Positions 39,166 through 51,087 of a stretch of 64,000 nucleotides of DNA are shown here, piece by piece. The notes beneath the pieces were generated by a model that saw nothing but the letters and a program-made list of their open reading frames with translations, did no database searches and had not been told where the DNA came from. Made by a program: the position numbers and the translations under genes. How positions within the stretch are numbered: position 1 is the stretch's first letter; the number at the start of each line of letters is the position of its first letter. Source of the DNA: Candidatus Hydrogenedentota bacterium (GTDB lineage: Bacteria; Hydrogenedentota; Hydrogenedentia; Hydrogenedentales; SLHB01); assembly GCA_963674865.2 (NCBI GenBank), contig CAXXYE010000007.1, positions 224,001-288,000 of the forward strand. The letters are read 5' to 3'.

Positions 39166-40174
39166 TCAGCCCTGCCGCTTGGCGATGGCCTCTTCAGTGG
39201 CCCGGCGCGCTATCCGCGTGGCGATGAGGCCGTCCTCGCCCGTAGGCATATCTCCCGGAACGCCTGTTGCCAATGCCTTGGCGAAGGCCGCGTACATGCG
39301 CGCGTAGCCCTTCTCCGGCGCCCAGGACAAGGCCTGCGTGCCTTTCGCCGAGCGCACCTCGAACACGCGCGCACTGCGATCGTATCGAATCACGCCCTCC
39401 GTGCCGATCAACTCATAGACGAATTCGCTCCGCGGCTCCTTCGCCGTGAAACAGTAGGAATAGCTGATTTCGACCGTCGTGTGCGCCCCGTTGGCGTGGT
39501 CCATGTGCAGGTACATGTGATCCGGCGCTTCGTATTCGTCCACCCACGCCCCGTGCGATTCCCATCCCACCGCTTCCGAACCGAGCCACCAACGCGCCAG
39601 GTCGATCTGGTGCACCCCGCAGTCCACCATCGGCCCGCCTTCTTCCATGCGCCCTCCCCTGCGCGGATTCAACCGGGGGGGAGTCGCCCGAGCCCGCTTC
39701 ATAGCGCCCGTGCATATTCCAGTTGTAGATCAACCGCAGTGAACGGACGTCGCCGATGGCGCCCTCATTGACGAGCGAGCGGATCTCCTGCGCGGCGGAG
39801 CTGAAGCGATAGCAGTAGGCGGTGCAAAGCATCAGACCGGCGCGCTGCATGACGCCGATCATCTCCCGTGATTCCCCCTCGTCCATGGCCAACGGCTTCT
39901 CGCACAAGACATGTACCCCATGCGCCGCCGCGTCGAGCACATTCTCCCGATGACAAGGCGCCGGCGAACAGATGACAACGGCGTCGAGGTCCGAGGCCCA
40001 GAAGGTATCGAGGTCGGTGCAGCGCCCCACCCCTTCAGGCGCCGGGCGTGCCGCGTTGACCCGATCCGGATTCGGATCGTACAACGCCACCAGCTCCAAG
40101 TCCGCCGTCTCCGCCAATGCGCGCAGGTGCGCACTCGATACAAACCCGCATCCCATCAGTCCAAGCCGTTTCAC
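39166..40174 (-). CDS. Gfo/Idh/MocA-family NAD-dependent oxidoreductase (frameshift at G7 run 39675-39681)
   Basis: GLMGCGFV and HVLCEKPLA in one frame; GGPMVDCGVHQIDL in the next. GTG start with AGGAAGGAG RBS. Confidence 0.88.
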
Positions 40175-40328
40175 AAGGCAACTCCTTCCTTCTGCGGCGC
40201 GATGATATCGCCCTCTGGCCCCGCGCGCAAACCGTGCGGAAACTGGCCGCATGAATCTGCTATCATACATGGCCTGCGGCGTCCCAACGGGCCCGCTTGG
40301 GACCTTCCTCAATGAAAGGAGTCGGACG

Positions 40329-41452
40329 ATGATCGCGCCTCAGAGAGTTCTTGCCGGTTTACTCATGGGTTTCTTGGCCGTAGCTGCGCTTGCCCCCGCG
40401 CTGAGTGCCCAGGAGGCCGGGATTCCCGAAGGGAATTGGATCGGCCTTTTCGACGGTCAAACCACTTTCGGCTGGAATCAGTTGGGCGACGCCGCCTGGC
40501 GCGTTGCCGACGGCCGCCTGATCTGCGATAGCGGCTCCGGCGGGTGGCTTGCCACGACGAGCCAGTTTGCGAACTTCGAGCTCGAGGCCAAGATCCGGAT
40601 CAAGCCCGGCACGTCGGCGGGCATCGCCGTCCGCGCTGGGCTCGAGGGTTCCCCCACCCAGAACGGGACCACCACGCTCGTCCTGAGCGAACCCGAGGGC
40701 GCCGAAGCGTTGTGGCATGAAGTCCGTATCATTGCCAACGGCCCCGAGATCAAAGCAACGGTGGACAACGCCGACGCCGAACTCCTGCGCGGCGCTCGCT
40801 CGCGCGGATACATTGGTGTGCAGTACTACCACCGCGGAGATCAGGTGGAGGTGAGCCAGATCAGGCTCAGGCCCCTGGGATTGACGCCTATTTTCAACCA
40901 CAAGGACCTCACTGGCTGGAACATTATCCCTGAGCGCAAGTCGGTTTTCTCGGTGATCGACGGCGCCCTCAATATCAAGGATGGCAACGGCCAGATCGAG
41001 ACGGCCGATGTCTATAAAGATTTCCTCCTGCAGCTCGACATCTGCTCCAACGGCGACCACCTCAACAGCGGCGTCTTCTTCCGAGGCCCCGTGGGCGTGT
41101 TCTGGCGCGGCTATGAGTCCCAGGTAAGCAACAAATGGGAAGGCGACGACCGCAACAACCCCTCCGATTACGGCACCGGCGGCATCTACGGCGATCAGCC
41201 GGCCCGGACGGTGGTTCCCAACGACCGCGAGTGGTTTCACAAGACCATCATCTGCGAAGGCAACCACATGGCCGTCTGGATCAACGGCTACCAGGTGAGC
41301 GATTTCACCGACACCCGCCCCATCGACCCCGAGTCGAACGGGAAAGCGCGGATTTGTCCCCGGCCCCGGCACCATTCACCTCCAAGGACACGACCCGACC
41401 ACGGACCCTGTCCTTCAACAACATCAATATCCAGACTTATCCGGAGAAATAG
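40329..41452 (+). CDS. Secreted tandem-DUF1080 protein (two indels near the 3' end)
   Basis: LFDGQTTFGW and IFNHKDLTGW; NSGVFFR and GYESQV. The C-terminal GTIHLQGHDP is recovered only by frame change. Confidence 0.85.
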
Positions 41453-41489
41453 GGGCGTCTTGGGCAAAACCGCGATGCGCGATTGCGCC

Positions 41490-42253
41490 ATGAGCCTTAC
41501 CATTGTTTCGCACAACGCGTACTGGTTCCAAGGCTCGCCCAGCCTGTGGGGCGAGGAACGCCAGGAGCCGCACCCTGGACGCCTGGCGCGCCCTGATCCG
41601 CCTCTACACGCGGCTGAGGCCCGACGTGCTTTGCCTCCAGGAAGTGCCCTCGCTAGAGGCGTTCGAGAGGCTCCAATCCGAGCTTGGCATGGAAAGGGTT
41701 CTACGCACAAGGCGGCATCCGCCACGCTTACGGCGGGGGCTGTCCTTGTGCGCGGCCCTCGATGCCCATTTCACCGACCTCACCGCGACAAAGGTGAACG
41801 ACGGCCGCGTCTTCGAGCGCGCCTGCATCCAAGCAAGCATCCGCCTCGGCGAGGGCGTCTCTCGATATCGTCGGTATCCACTTGGCCTCCAACCGCTTCG
41901 CGCCCCGAGCGTCGCGGCGAGCCGGTGCGCCTCGCCGAAATCAACGCGCTCTTCAGATCCGCGCCGGAACCCGCTGTCGTCGCGGGCGATTTCAACGCCA
42001 AACCGGACTCCGCCATCTATGCCTTCATGCGGGACAGGGCCTTCGTGGATGCCGCGATGTGCGACGGGACGCCGCCTCCCATACCCAAAGCCAAACGCGT
42101 TGACTACGCCTGGGTGGCCGGCCGCTGCGGCCCGGAGTCCATTGAGCACCTGGGCCTGCCGCCTGACGACTTGCTTATAGAGGGGGGCCGAACCGCCCAC
42201 CCGTGTCAGCGATCACCCCTCCCGTGGTCATCCGGCTGAGGGTCAATTCGTGA
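41490..42253 (+). CDS. Endonuclease/exonuclease/phosphatase (EEP) family protein, multiple indels
   Basis: IVSHNA, PDVLCLQEV, VHL, VAGDFNA, RVDYAW and SDH motifs are spread over different frames. Confidence 0.8.
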
Positions 42254-42308
42254 CCACGTGCAGGTTCTGGCAACTGAGGCGACGTGCTATTTCCAAGGTA
42301 TTCGCCCG

Positions 42309-42332
42309 GGAGGGACGCGCTCCCGCGCGTCC
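42309..42332 (+). repeat. REP-like hairpin
   Basis: GGAG + ggacgcgc-tccc-gcgcgtcc. Confidence 0.5.
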
Positions 42333-42606
42333 GCGGCCGAGCGCGAGTTCGACCCTCACAGAACGTCGAACATGTCACCGGACATGTGAAGTGAGCCACT
42401 GGGCCGCCCGCTGCGCCCGTGAGAATTCATTAAGTGCTGTCATTTCAGCGTTTCCGAGTGCTAAAACAAATGGAAAACACGGATACGATTCCTGAAATCA
42501 ATCCTGTAAAGCATGTCCGAAATAGCCGTTGGCCGGCTGTTCTTGGAGATGTCCTTCGACCCACCGAATGAATGGCTGGCGATTACTGCCAAGGAGCAGG
42601 TTGCAA

Positions 42607-43332
42607 ATGAACTTCGACGCCGTCTTCTTCGACTCGGGAGGCACCATCTTCAACACGCGCGCTCCCGCCGTTGCCGGTTGCCCTGCGCCGCAAAAGATGC
42701 GCGACGCACGCGGCGCACGTACCACGGCCATGGTCAAAGCCTTGGGCCACAATGCCCCCGAATCCAGCGTGCTCGACATCCTGACTCGCCTTGAGGCCTA
42801 TCACGCCCAACAACACAACCCCGCCTACACTTTTGTGCGCCTCATCGAAGATCTGTATGCGGAATTGCACCTGCCCGCCCTGCCGGAAGAAGTCCTCTGC
42901 GTCACGGAAGCCTACTGCGGGCCCCGATACCGCTCCTGGCTTTTCCCTGGTATACACGCCGCGCTCACGCAACTCCGCGATGCAGGCCTCTTTCTCGGCC
43001 TCATTGCCAACACGACATGGCCCGGCTGGGTGATGGACCGCGTCTTCCGCGGCGTGGGGCTCGGCGATTTCTTCCAGGTTGGACTCTACTCCGGCGACGA
43101 AGGCGTCGCCAAACCCGACGCGAGTATCTTCAAACGCGCCGAGGAGCGGGCCGGAATGGCCGGAAAACGCCTCCTGTACATCGGCGATTCCGTCGAGTAC
43201 GACGTGAAAGGAGCGCGGAACGCCGGCTGGGCATCCGTGCTCTTCCGCTCGAGCGCCGCTTCCAGCGAGGGCCTCGCAGACTTCGAGATCGACGCCTGGG
43301 ATAGCCTGCCCGCCATTATCTTGGGTGATTAG
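42607..43332 (+). CDS. HAD-superfamily hydrolase
   Basis: FFDSGGT, IANT, KPDASIF and IGDSVEYDVKGA motifs. Start re-called at 42607 (AAGGAG RBS). Confidence 0.9.
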   Translation: MNFDAVFFDSGGTIFNTRAPAVAGCPAPQKMRDARGARTTAMVKALGHNAPESSVLDILTRLEAYHAQQHNPAYTFVRLIEDLYAELHLPALPEEVLCVTEAYCGPRYRSWLFPGIHAALTQLRDAGLFLGLIANTTWPGWVMDRVFRGVGLGDFFQVGLYSGDEGVAKPDASIFKRAEERAGMAGKRLLYIGDSVEYDVKGARNAGWASVLFRSSAASSEGLADFEIDAWDSLPAIILGD

Positions 43333-43752
43333 TCCAGCCCCGTAGAAGCCTCCGGGCGCTTGCCCCGCACGTGCCGTTCCACATTGTGTTCCCCGCCGCG
43401 CTTTGTCGTAAACCATTCGTGGGAGACTGGTTCCGAGTTCTTGAGTCACGTTCGCAGGGCGTGGGCTGCCTGCAGGATTCCCGTGTTCAATCTTGTGGAT
43501 CTTGTTAATCCTGTTCAAATAAGCCGGCTGTCCTGCTGAAATCGCATTACTCAGCCCGCTGCAAGTAATCCCCTCGGCAGCCCCGGCTCTTGTGGCCCCA
43601 GATGTTTGGCTTGACGAAATTTGTTCGTATTTACAAATGTTCCTCCGTGCAAAGGCTTATAGCGACCCCCAAAGGCATGAGGTCTAAATGGCCCTTTTCG
43701 CAAGACCGATTCACGCCGCCCGATGGCGCGTTACACCGAAGGAGAGCGTCCT

Positions 43753-46700
43753 TTGATTACGAAGTCTGGCTACGCAAGGACATGGGGCGGAGCATGCATA
43801 TTCGCTCTGCTTGTCGTGTTTTCATCACTTGCCCTCGCGGAGGAGCAGGTTCTCTATCGCGTCAACGCCGGCGGCCCGGACTACACGGATTCCGTTGGGC
43901 AGCTTTGGCAGTCCGACGATTCCTTTGTCGGCTCCGGCTCGTCGTACTCGACCACCGCCGCCATCGCCGGGACCTCTGAGCAGGCGCTTTATCAGTCAGA
44001 ACGTTGGGGAGGATCATGGGAACCGGCAATGCATTACAGCTTCTCGGTTGATCCGGGCACGTACACTGTTCGCCTTCACTTCGCTGAGATATACAGCGGG
44101 ATCAGCACCGGTAACCCCAGAGGTCTTCGATGTCGGCATTGAGGGGCGCGATCGTTCTCAATGATTACGATATCTTCGGGACGGTCGGCTATGCCGTCGC
44201 CGTTGTCGAGGAGTTCCCGGGCGTTGTCGTAACGGACACCACCCTCGATATCGAATTCCTCCACGTGTTGGAGAATCCGAAGATCTCCGCCATCGAAATA
44301 GCTGCCAACCTGACGCCCCGCGCCCACTGCGGACGTCGCGCGCCCGACCCCATTGACTTCGGTACGACGGAACTCCCTGACGCGCCTTTACCCATTTCGA
44401 TTACCGTTGCCAACACGGGCGATGCAGACCTCCACGTCTCCGGTGTGTCGATCTTGGGCACGGACAGTGCCCCTGTTCGATACCGACGCGGCCCCCACCC
44501 TACACCATCGCCCCCGGAGGCAGTACTTCCTTCTCGGTTAGCTTCCTCTCGCCCGATGTTGCGGGCTCATACGCCGGCCTGTTGGAAGTCGTGTCGGATG
44601 CCCCCGACAGCCCGGCGTCACTGCCCATCAACGCGGACCTCATTGAGCCTGCGGCCCCCGCGCTCGATGTGACGCCCTCGGCCATTGATTTTGGCCAAGT
44701 TACGGAAGGCAGCGCCTCAGCGGATGAGACCCTTGTCTTGAAGAATATCGGCGGCAGCACGCTTACCGTCACCTCCCTCAGTCTCTCTGGAACCCATGCG
44801 TCGGATTTCGAGATCGTTTACGACCCGGTGCCCTTCTCCCTCGCTCCCCAGGCCTCGACAGACGTGCTCGTTGCCCTTACGCCTTCGGCGATAGGCGCTC
44901 GCAACGCCGCGATTACCATCGTGTCGGACGACCCGGCCGGCGGCGTCATCGTGCCGCTCACCGGTGAGGGGGTGGCCCCCGCAACGGAGGAGGTGCTGTA
45001 CCGGATCAACGCGGGCGGGCCGGACTATACCGACCCGGACGGCAAACCTGTGGGTTGCTGATGGCCCGTACGTAACCAGCGGCAGCACCTACATCGACGG
45101 TACGGCCATCGACAACACCGTTATGGACCCGCTGTACCAAAGCGAACGGTGGGTCGGTTCCTGGCAAGCGCCCATGGTGTACACGATCCCAGTGGAGCCC
45201 GGCGACTACGCCGTGCGCCTCCATTTCGCCGAGATCTACACGGCATCAATGCCGGCAACCCCCGCGTCTTTGACGTGTACGTCGAGGACAGCCCGTCCTG
45301 ACCAACTACGACATCTACGGCACGGTCGGGTATTTCTTCGCGACCGTCGAGCAGGCCGATGTGACCGTGGCGGACTCCGCGCTCGAGATTACCTTCGGCT
45401 ATGTCCAGGAGAACCCCAAGATCTCCGCCATTGAGATTATCCGCTTGGCCGCGGCGGGCCCTACGCCCAAGCTGCGCGCGACCCCCGCCCAGGTGGACTT
45501 CGGCGATGTGGCCGTGGGCAAGACTTCCGCCGCGAGCATCGTCACGCTCGAAAACGCGGGAACCGCCGACCTTGAGATTTCCTCGCTGAGTCTGAGCGGC
45601 GCGCAGCCCGCGGCATTTGGACTGACCAGCGCCACGCTGCCCATTGTGCTGGCGCCCGGCGCCACATCCGACGTTTCTATGACCCTTACCCCCGACGCCG
45701 AAGGCCCCTTAGCCGCAACGCTCGACATTTGCCTCGACCGACCCGGGCAGTCCCGCGCAAGTGCCGCTTTCCGGTGTCGGCGTCATCGTGCCGATAGTCT
45801 CAGTTGACTCGACTTCCCTGAACTTCGGCGACCTGACCGTCGGCGACACGAGTCCTGTGCTGACGCTGACGGTAACGAATATCGACACGCAAACCCACAA
45901 CCTGCACATGGTTGAACTCGTCGGAACAGACCCTGGCGACTTCGCGATTGTCTCTGCCCCGGCCACGCCGGTGGATATCGCGCCAGGAGCAACCTTCACC
46001 GTCGATGTCAGCTTTGCTCCTATCGCCGAAGGGCTGAGAGAAGCCGAGGTAAAACTCCACTTCGACTCCCACGGCACGCATGTCTACGTGCCCATCCAGG
46101 GCAACGGCACGGCTCCGCCGCCGGTGTTCTCTGTGACCCCGTCGTCACTGGATTTCAGCACGGTGGAGGTCGGCACGACCTCGCCGTACCAGACGATCAC
46201 TGTTACCAACATCGATTCGTCTTCCCACAACCTCGAACTTGTCGATCTTGTGGGGCCCGAAGCCGCTGACTTCTCTGTGGTGGGCGTTCCGTCAACGCCG
46301 GTCGATATCGCCCCGAGTTCCTCCGTAACGGTGGATGTGGCTTTCGCTCCGTCTCTCGCCGGATTGCGCGAGGCGAGCGTTGCGCTTCACTTCGACGCTG
46401 ATGCCTTGCATGTCTACGTGCCCGCCTCCGGTACGGGCGAGCTCCCGGCGCCGGTGACAAGCGTGCTCTACCGAGTCAACGCGGGCGGGCCCGACTATAC
46501 CGACGCGGAGGGCAACCTGTGGCTGGCTGACGCGGGCTATTACAACACCGGCTATGCCTTCTCTACCGGCAATGCCGTCAGCGGCACGGACAAGACGCCT
46601 CTCTATCAAACCGAACGCTGGGATGAAGCAGCGGCGCCTGAAATGGCCTACAGCTTTGCCGTCGATCCCGGACGCTACCAGGTGACGCTCCATTTCGCGG

Positions 46701-49700
46701 AAATCTATGACGGCATTACCGGCGCGGGACAGCGCGTCTTCGATGTTGCCGCGGAGGGCCAGTTGGTTCTCGACGACTACGATATCTTCGCCGCGGCCGG
46801 ATACCTGGCCGCCGTGGCCGAATCCTTTGAGGTCGATGTCGCCGACGGCAGCCTCGATGTCGAGTTTCTGCACCAGGTCGAGAACCCCAAAATCTCAGCC
46901 ATCGAAGTCGCCTCCGTGGGCCAGGTAAAGGCGGATGTCTACCAGTTGAGCTGGGGCCACGTCTCCGTCGGCGCCGTCGGCGACACGAAATACGTCGCCC
47001 TGACGAACACCGGCGATTCTCAGGTGACCATTTCCACCCTCAGCTTTCTGATCAACCAGGGCGTCGGCCACGATTTCACGGCCACTCTGGCCGGAAACGA
47101 CTACACGGGTGACCACCTCGACGTGACGCACGATGTCTTCCTCACGTTAGCGCCCCAGGCATCTGTGGTTGTGCCCGTCGTTTTCACGCCGACAGAGGAA
47201 TCGGACAACAACGTCACCCTGGAATTCGGCGGTGATTTCGCCCCAGTGCCCATCTCGCTCCTCGGGATCGGCGGCGACTATACGGCCACCCGTATCTCCA
47301 CGTCGTGATTGGCGTCGATCCCTTCGCCGTGGACTACGATCAGGACGGCTTTGAGGACATCTATCTCGAGGGTGAGTACTCCCATACGCACGAAGTTGGT
47401 CACGTGCTCACGGCATATGAGTGGAGCGCGGGCGGCGTCGCCTTCGCATCGACGGCCAACACGACGGCTTCCTTCCCTGTTGGCGAACACACCGTCGCCC
47501 TGAGAATCTGGGATGACAACGAGCCGCCTGAAACGCTCAGTGCCGAGGCGTCCTTCACTGTCGCCGCCCCCGACGCCGTACCGGGCGTCCTGGCCCTCTA
47601 CTACGACGGCGCCACCGCGGGGCCTGCCGCTCTCCTCGGTGCTGTCCCCGCCAATGCGGACTTCGCTGAAACCCTTCCAGGCCTTCTTGTCGAGAACCAA
47701 GGCGGATACGTGGGCGGCTCTCCATTCACCGAGGACGCGATGGTTCGCCTGCTCGGCGAAGTCAACATCACCGCGAGCGGCTCTTACGAGTTCGCCGCCA
47801 TCGGCGGAAGCGATGCGCGCCTGTTCGTTGGCGGCGTGGCCGTGACGGGCCCTGTTGCCCTCGATCCGGGTGGCTATGCAGTCGACGCCCGCTTTGCGGT
47901 CGCAACGCTCGCCGATCTGCCCGTGGCGGTCGAGTACGCCGTGGCCGGCGGTGCGTTTACGCCCATTGACGGCGGGCTGCTGATCCACGACCAGACAGCG
48001 ATGAAGCCCGTGATCAACGACATGCCCTCCGAGGGCATCGACCTGGGCGGATACGTCGTCACCATTGCTGGCCTGGGCTTCTTCCCCACGGACGAAGTCA
48101 TCGTACATTGGGGGGACGTGGACTACACGGGAGTCGACCTCACGGTAACGCCTACGGCCGTCACCGTGGTGGTTCCGCCGGGCGCCGGAACCGTCGTCGT
48201 CACCGTCGAAACGCCCAACGGCGTGAGTAACGTCAGAACGTTCACTTACTCGGCCACCGGGCCTGTGCCCGTCAACTTCACCTTGTCTGACTTGGCGACA
48301 GGCATCCCTGCCCCCACCGTGGCCACCTGGGGCCAGGACGGCCGCCTCTACGTCGGCGGCATCACCGGTACGATCACGGCCCTCACGTTCGATGACAACT
48401 ACAACCTGGTCGACAGCCAGGTCATCAACACCTTAGAGAGCGCCGGCAACCCGAACATTCTCGGCATTGCGGCCAACCCGCTCGACCCACCTGGCACGGT
48501 TCGGATCTATGTCGCGCACAGCCTGCTCTTCGCCAACGGCGGCACGTGTTTCGAAGGCATCTCACCGTATTCGGGCGAGATCTCCGTGCTGACCGGACCC
48601 GATTTCGACGTGGCCGAGCCCCTCATCACCGGACTTCCCGTGTCGAACCATGACCACGGCGTGAACGGACTTCAGTTCGATAACAACGGCGACCTATACA
48701 TCGCCGTGGGTGGCAACACCAACGCCGGCATCCCCGACTGCAATATCGGCGGCACCGACGAGTCGCCTCTCAGCGCCGCCGTCCTCAAAGCCGAGATCTC
48801 GAAGCCGGACTTCAACGGCGAAGTCGTCTACGTTGAATCGGCAACAGGCGCCGTCAGCATGGACCAAGTCTACGGCGGCATCGTCGATGTCGCCGACGGT
48901 GTGGATGTCCACGTATTCGGAGCGGGCTTCCGGAATCCCTTCGACCTGGTCTTCACGCAGAGTGGCCGCCTATACAACACGGAGAATGGCCCGAACCTTG
49001 GATTTGGCCCTGCCTCCACCGGCCCCGACACGCAGACCGACTCCGATGTTACCCACGACGACGAACTCAACCTACTCGAACTCGGCAATTACTACGGCCA
49101 TCCCAACCGCAACCGTGGCCGGTATGACGAGCGCCAGTATGTCTATCACGACAATATCGAGGCGCCTGTCTTGGGCGAGTTCACGCAGGCCTTGGCCACC
49201 TTCGAGGCTTCCACGAACGGGCTCATCGAGTACACGGCGGACACCTTCAACGGCGCCATGCGCGGCGACCTCATCGCCCAGAAATGGAACGGCCCCACCC
49301 ACCGGATCGAATTGACCCCGGACGGACGCGCCGTTGCCGCCAAGACCGACCTGCCCGTCAGCATGAACTGCCTCGACATTGTTCAGGGACCCGGAGGCGT
49401 CATCATCGGAGCGGATTACTCAGACAACAAGCTGGTGATCGCCAGACCCGTGGACATCGCGGCCACCGGCCTCACTGCGTACGACATCCGGCCATGGCGC
49501 GCTCCCGCAACGGGCGGACACAGCTTCGTCATCGGCGGCAGCGGCTTCGGTGACCTGGCCAACACGTCAGTGACCATTGGCGGCGTCCCAGCCACCGTGC
49601 AGTACGTTACCCCCAGCGCCATCCACGGCCTGATCCCGGCGGCCGCCGCTCCGACGGCAGACTTCCTCGATGTGGCGGTTACCGTCGGCGGCGTGACGAA

Positions 49701-50646
49701 GATTCTCACCAATGGCTTCCGGTACCTCTTCCCCGAAGGACAGGATGACACCGAGGCTGCCGCACACATGGTGGTTGACCCCGGCAGCACGATTCTGGGA
49801 AGCAGCACCTACAACGCCAACTCATTCCTGCTGACCAATGCCTCTACCCGCGGCCAGAAGATCGAGCGCATCCGGTTCGATCTCCGGACCAGCATCTTCC
49901 CCGACATCGTCTTCGACCCGGATGGAATCGCCGGCGACCCCGTCGGCAAGCCGTTCACGGCAGACACCGACCCCGGCCTGGGATTGGCCGGCGACGCGAC
50001 GTGGCAGTGGCATGACGATGGATACGACGTGCTTGAAGTCGCCTTCAACGACTTCGACCCCGGCGAAACACTCGGTTTCTCAATTGACGTCGACCCGACC
50101 AGTATCCGCGGCGCGACGCCGCCCGGACCCAACGATTCGGGCAGCATTTCAGGACTCGAAATGACCGGCGCTACCGTAACCGTCCATTTCGACGATGGGA
50201 CCGCCCTTGTCGGTTATCCCTACCGTATTGTTGGGAGCGACACCGGCTCCGAAGTACTGCTTATGGCGGGGCTGCCGCCCAAGCCATCCGTCGAAGTGCT
50301 CGGCATCGCAGTCCCGGCAACGACCACGAACGCAGGTCAGACCGTGCGTGTGGCCGGACCGGTAGGCTATGACGTGTCCCTGCTTGTTGTCGAAGGCGCG
50401 CTATACGTCGACGGCGTGCCTGGCGGCGGCTATGACCTCGATCCCTACGAGGCGAACACCGCCATCAACGTAACCGAATACAGCGGCGTCATTGGCGGGG
50501 GAGGCTACGTGGATCTGCCCGTCACCTTGACCCAGTCCGATGCGCCCGATGGAGGCCTGAACTACATCACGGCCGTGCTCGTCGCGCCCGGCGGCGCTAC
50601 CGGGCCGACGGCCGACCCACTCGTGCTCCAACTGGATCCGCCCTGA
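43753..50646 (+). CDS. Giant secreted multidomain protein: 3 malectin domains, several ASH/choice-of-anchor-D-like Ig domains, PKD/PA14-like, IPT/TIG and a sugar-dehydrogenase-like beta-propeller; broken by several indels
   Basis: TTG start after AAGGAG plus a signal peptide. Three YR(V/I)NAGG...LYQ.ERW...LHFAEIY...ENPKISAIE units; (I/V/L)DFG repeats; HDHGVNGLQF, GFRNPFDL and DELNL. The track fragments are collinear. Confidence 0.82.
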
Positions 50647-50741
50647 GGACCAGGCGGGTGGGCGGAAAGCCATCGAATACAGGAGGCCGAGAGCGTTGAG
50701 GATTCACACAGAAAGACTTGCAAGTGTCTTCAGGCCGGACA

Positions 50742-50898
50742 TCAGTGTTCTGACTCATAATTGACGTTGCTTATCTGCAGATGAAAAAGCGCCAAAAATG
50801 AGCGAAAAACCGGGACTGACACAAGCGAAGCGAAGACGTGTCTGTCCCTGCTTTTCGCGGCAAGAATAAGACGCCACCAGCGTGAGTCACACCACTAG
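50742..50898. mobile_element. MITE-like element, copy 3
   Basis: Imperfect TIR AGTGTTCTGACTCA / TGAGTCACACCACT, right end CTAG, internal hairpin gggactgacac...gtgtctgtccc. Confidence 0.78.
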
Positions 50899-51087
50899 AC
50901 GTTCATCGCTCAGTCCCGTCCCATAGAGCCCCAAGGCGGCGCGGGCGCCGCAACCCACCCCGCGCCGCCTCCTCCCTTTCCGGTACCGGACAAGCGCTCG
51001 CGTCGCCAAAGCAAAGAATACGGCGGCGATTCACGATGTTGGGGAGGCCGTTGCGTTCCCTCGTCCTATTTGGCAGAGACTAGACTG

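Noticed and set aside
40251..42239. 662-aa DUF1080-EEP fusion
   Set aside because: An artefact of indels reading through the DUF1080 stop (41452); the EEP gene has its own ATG at 41490.
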